The notes beneath the pieces are model-generated. The model saw nothing but the letters and a program-made list of their open reading frames with translations. It was not told the origin of the DNA and searched no databases. A DNA stretch of 18,692 nt, taken from NCBI GenBank assembly GCA_046582655.1, contig JAYGDX010000258.1, positions 1-18,692 on the forward strand, in the 5' to 3' direction. Below, piece by piece: positions 17,382 to 18,692 of this stretch (the stretch's first letter is position 1; each line of letters starts with the position of its first letter). The position numbers and the translations under genes were made by a program. This DNA is from Candidatus Poribacteria bacterium. Lineage in GTDB: Bacteria > Poribacteria > WGA-4E > UBA9662.

Positions 17382-18692
17382 CTATGCGGTTAATATGCGA
17401 TATCCCTTTCCCGCAAAGAGTCCTATAATAATCCATATTGCGCCAATAACGTACTCACCTAGAATTCATCCCAAGAACATAGGTCTAGCCCGGCTGTACG
17501 TTTTAAGTCCACTATACTTTAGTGTTAAATATTTAAGTAACCAACCGAGAAAAATAGAAAGGAAAAACATCTGAATCCCCCAACTGCTCCCTGTCGTACA
17601 CCCAATTGGATGCAAAGGCCACCATAAAAACCGGTGATAGATTAACGTTATAGACAACGTACTTATGATCCCTAACAGAAAAAAACCTAGGTTCGTTGGG
17701 TCCATATCAGCAGGATAAATCAGTCATGATTCCAAAACGCGAAAACCTGTACGCCCTACCCAAGAAAGACCGAGTGTATTGGCACCAACTTTACAGGTGA
17801 ATCTCAAGAAGAAATAGCTTGAAACAGGGAGCACGATAAAAATAGCCGCTATCATTGCCATTAGTAATGATATGCTCTTGGTCTTCTTCTCATTGGAGAG
17901 TTTAAATGTGTTCATAACATGAGGCATTATTAACTGGGTGAGATCTGTCCTGAAGCCTCGGGCCTGGAAGGTATTCAACGTTAAGTTGTAAGCCCCAATT
18001 CTCCGATCTCCAAACATTGTCCTCAACAGCATCATCGGTCGAAAAGTAGGATGCACGATGAGAACCCCTGAACTAGAAACCTGCCACGTAAAAATCACCC
18101 ACATAATCGCAGAAAACGAAGCAATCGACAACGCTACCCAAAGAGAAATCCCCATAAGCTGAGATAATATAATCTGAATCAGAAACATCAAAAGTAATCC
18201 CAATAATGCCCAATGTTCGTCTGAAATAAATTCTCTTTCATTCAGGTTCCGATTCTTTGATACTGCGACAAACACGAATTGCATAGTTACCAGAAGTCGT
18301 TTTCTCGCTTGCCATCCGATCAGACACATAATTACCAGAAAGGCTCCCATTTCTTGATGAGAAGCGAAACTTCGGGTAAAGCCGAATTCTCCCGGAGAAC
18401 TCGGCATCGGCAAGCCAAGAGAAACAAAAACAAAGCATTCAAACTTATAAAAAAGGTAGAAAAACCAGATACTGAAGGAAACCTGTTCTGCTAGGAGATA
18501 CGTGATACCAATCACGGAAAGATGGATATCCAGAGGCAACGGGCGTATTGCAGAAAAAGGTTTTTCAGCGAGAAATGGATCAAGTGAAAAGCGAGTTGGG
18601 ATCAGGGGGACTTGAGGGAAATAAAAGTGGAGACCATTGAAAAGATGTAATGTTCCGGCAATGGTGAAAGTAATCCACATCCATCGATTTTT
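17382..18692 (-). pseudogene. Polytopic membrane protein (DUF6785/DUF6784-like putative transporter), 3' part, with two in-frame TGA stops
   Basis: One continuous frame from the window end (KNRWMWITF...) with many transmembrane segments and motifs 'SFSIWFFYLF', 'WWPLHPIG', 'SIFLGWLLK' and 'RPMFLG*ILGE'. Internal TGA at 17724-17726 and 17466-17468; true stop TAG at 17382-17384. Confidence 0.78.

Noticed and set aside
7965..17726. Stop-codon reassignment or selenocysteine, suggested by several in-frame TGA codons (7965, 15203, 17466, 17724)
   Set aside because: The inferred original residues differ (Arg-like, Trp, Leu). In-frame TAGs and frameshifts occur in the same or neighbouring genes, and TGA ends otherwise complete reading frames (8414, 9924). 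Decay explains this better.
1..18692. CRISPR array, tRNA/rRNA, riboswitch, IS or prophage elements
   Set aside because: I saw no regularly spaced repeats, cloverleaf or rRNA-like sequence, transposase/integrase motifs or terminal inverted repeats by eye. An Infernal/Rfam scan of 11530-12230 would be the decisive check.

Overview
This is a bacterial accessory-metabolism region whose gene content suggests Candidatus Poribacteria or a similar PVC-like organism (inference). The left 10.8 kb holds eight phytanoyl-CoA dioxygenase (PhyH)-family Fe(II)/2-oxoglutarate oxygenase loci: five complete, one cut by the window edge, one pseudogene and one short remnant. Interleaved with them are a planctomycete-type cytochrome c/DUF1549/DUF1553 gene and a DUF1501 gene. 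One intact PhyH has H-G-G instead of the H-x-D iron motif, a halogenase-like signature. Next come a secreted DUF1080-like protein with a short conserved-looking C-terminal tail, an intact enolase-superfamily (galactonate dehydratase-like) gene and an intact 5-formyltetrahydrofolate cyclo-ligase. The region is heavily decayed: frameshifted or nonsense-disrupted DUF5916/CBM9, Ldh_2, Gfo/Idh/MocA and DUF6785-like genes. Two deletion-junction chimeras missed by the ORF track are also present: sulfatase N-terminus::PhyH C-terminus, and Gfo/Idh/MocA::FGE-sulfatase fragment. I saw no RNA genes, mobile elements or CRISPR arrays. All family calls come from motif recognition by eye, not database searches.
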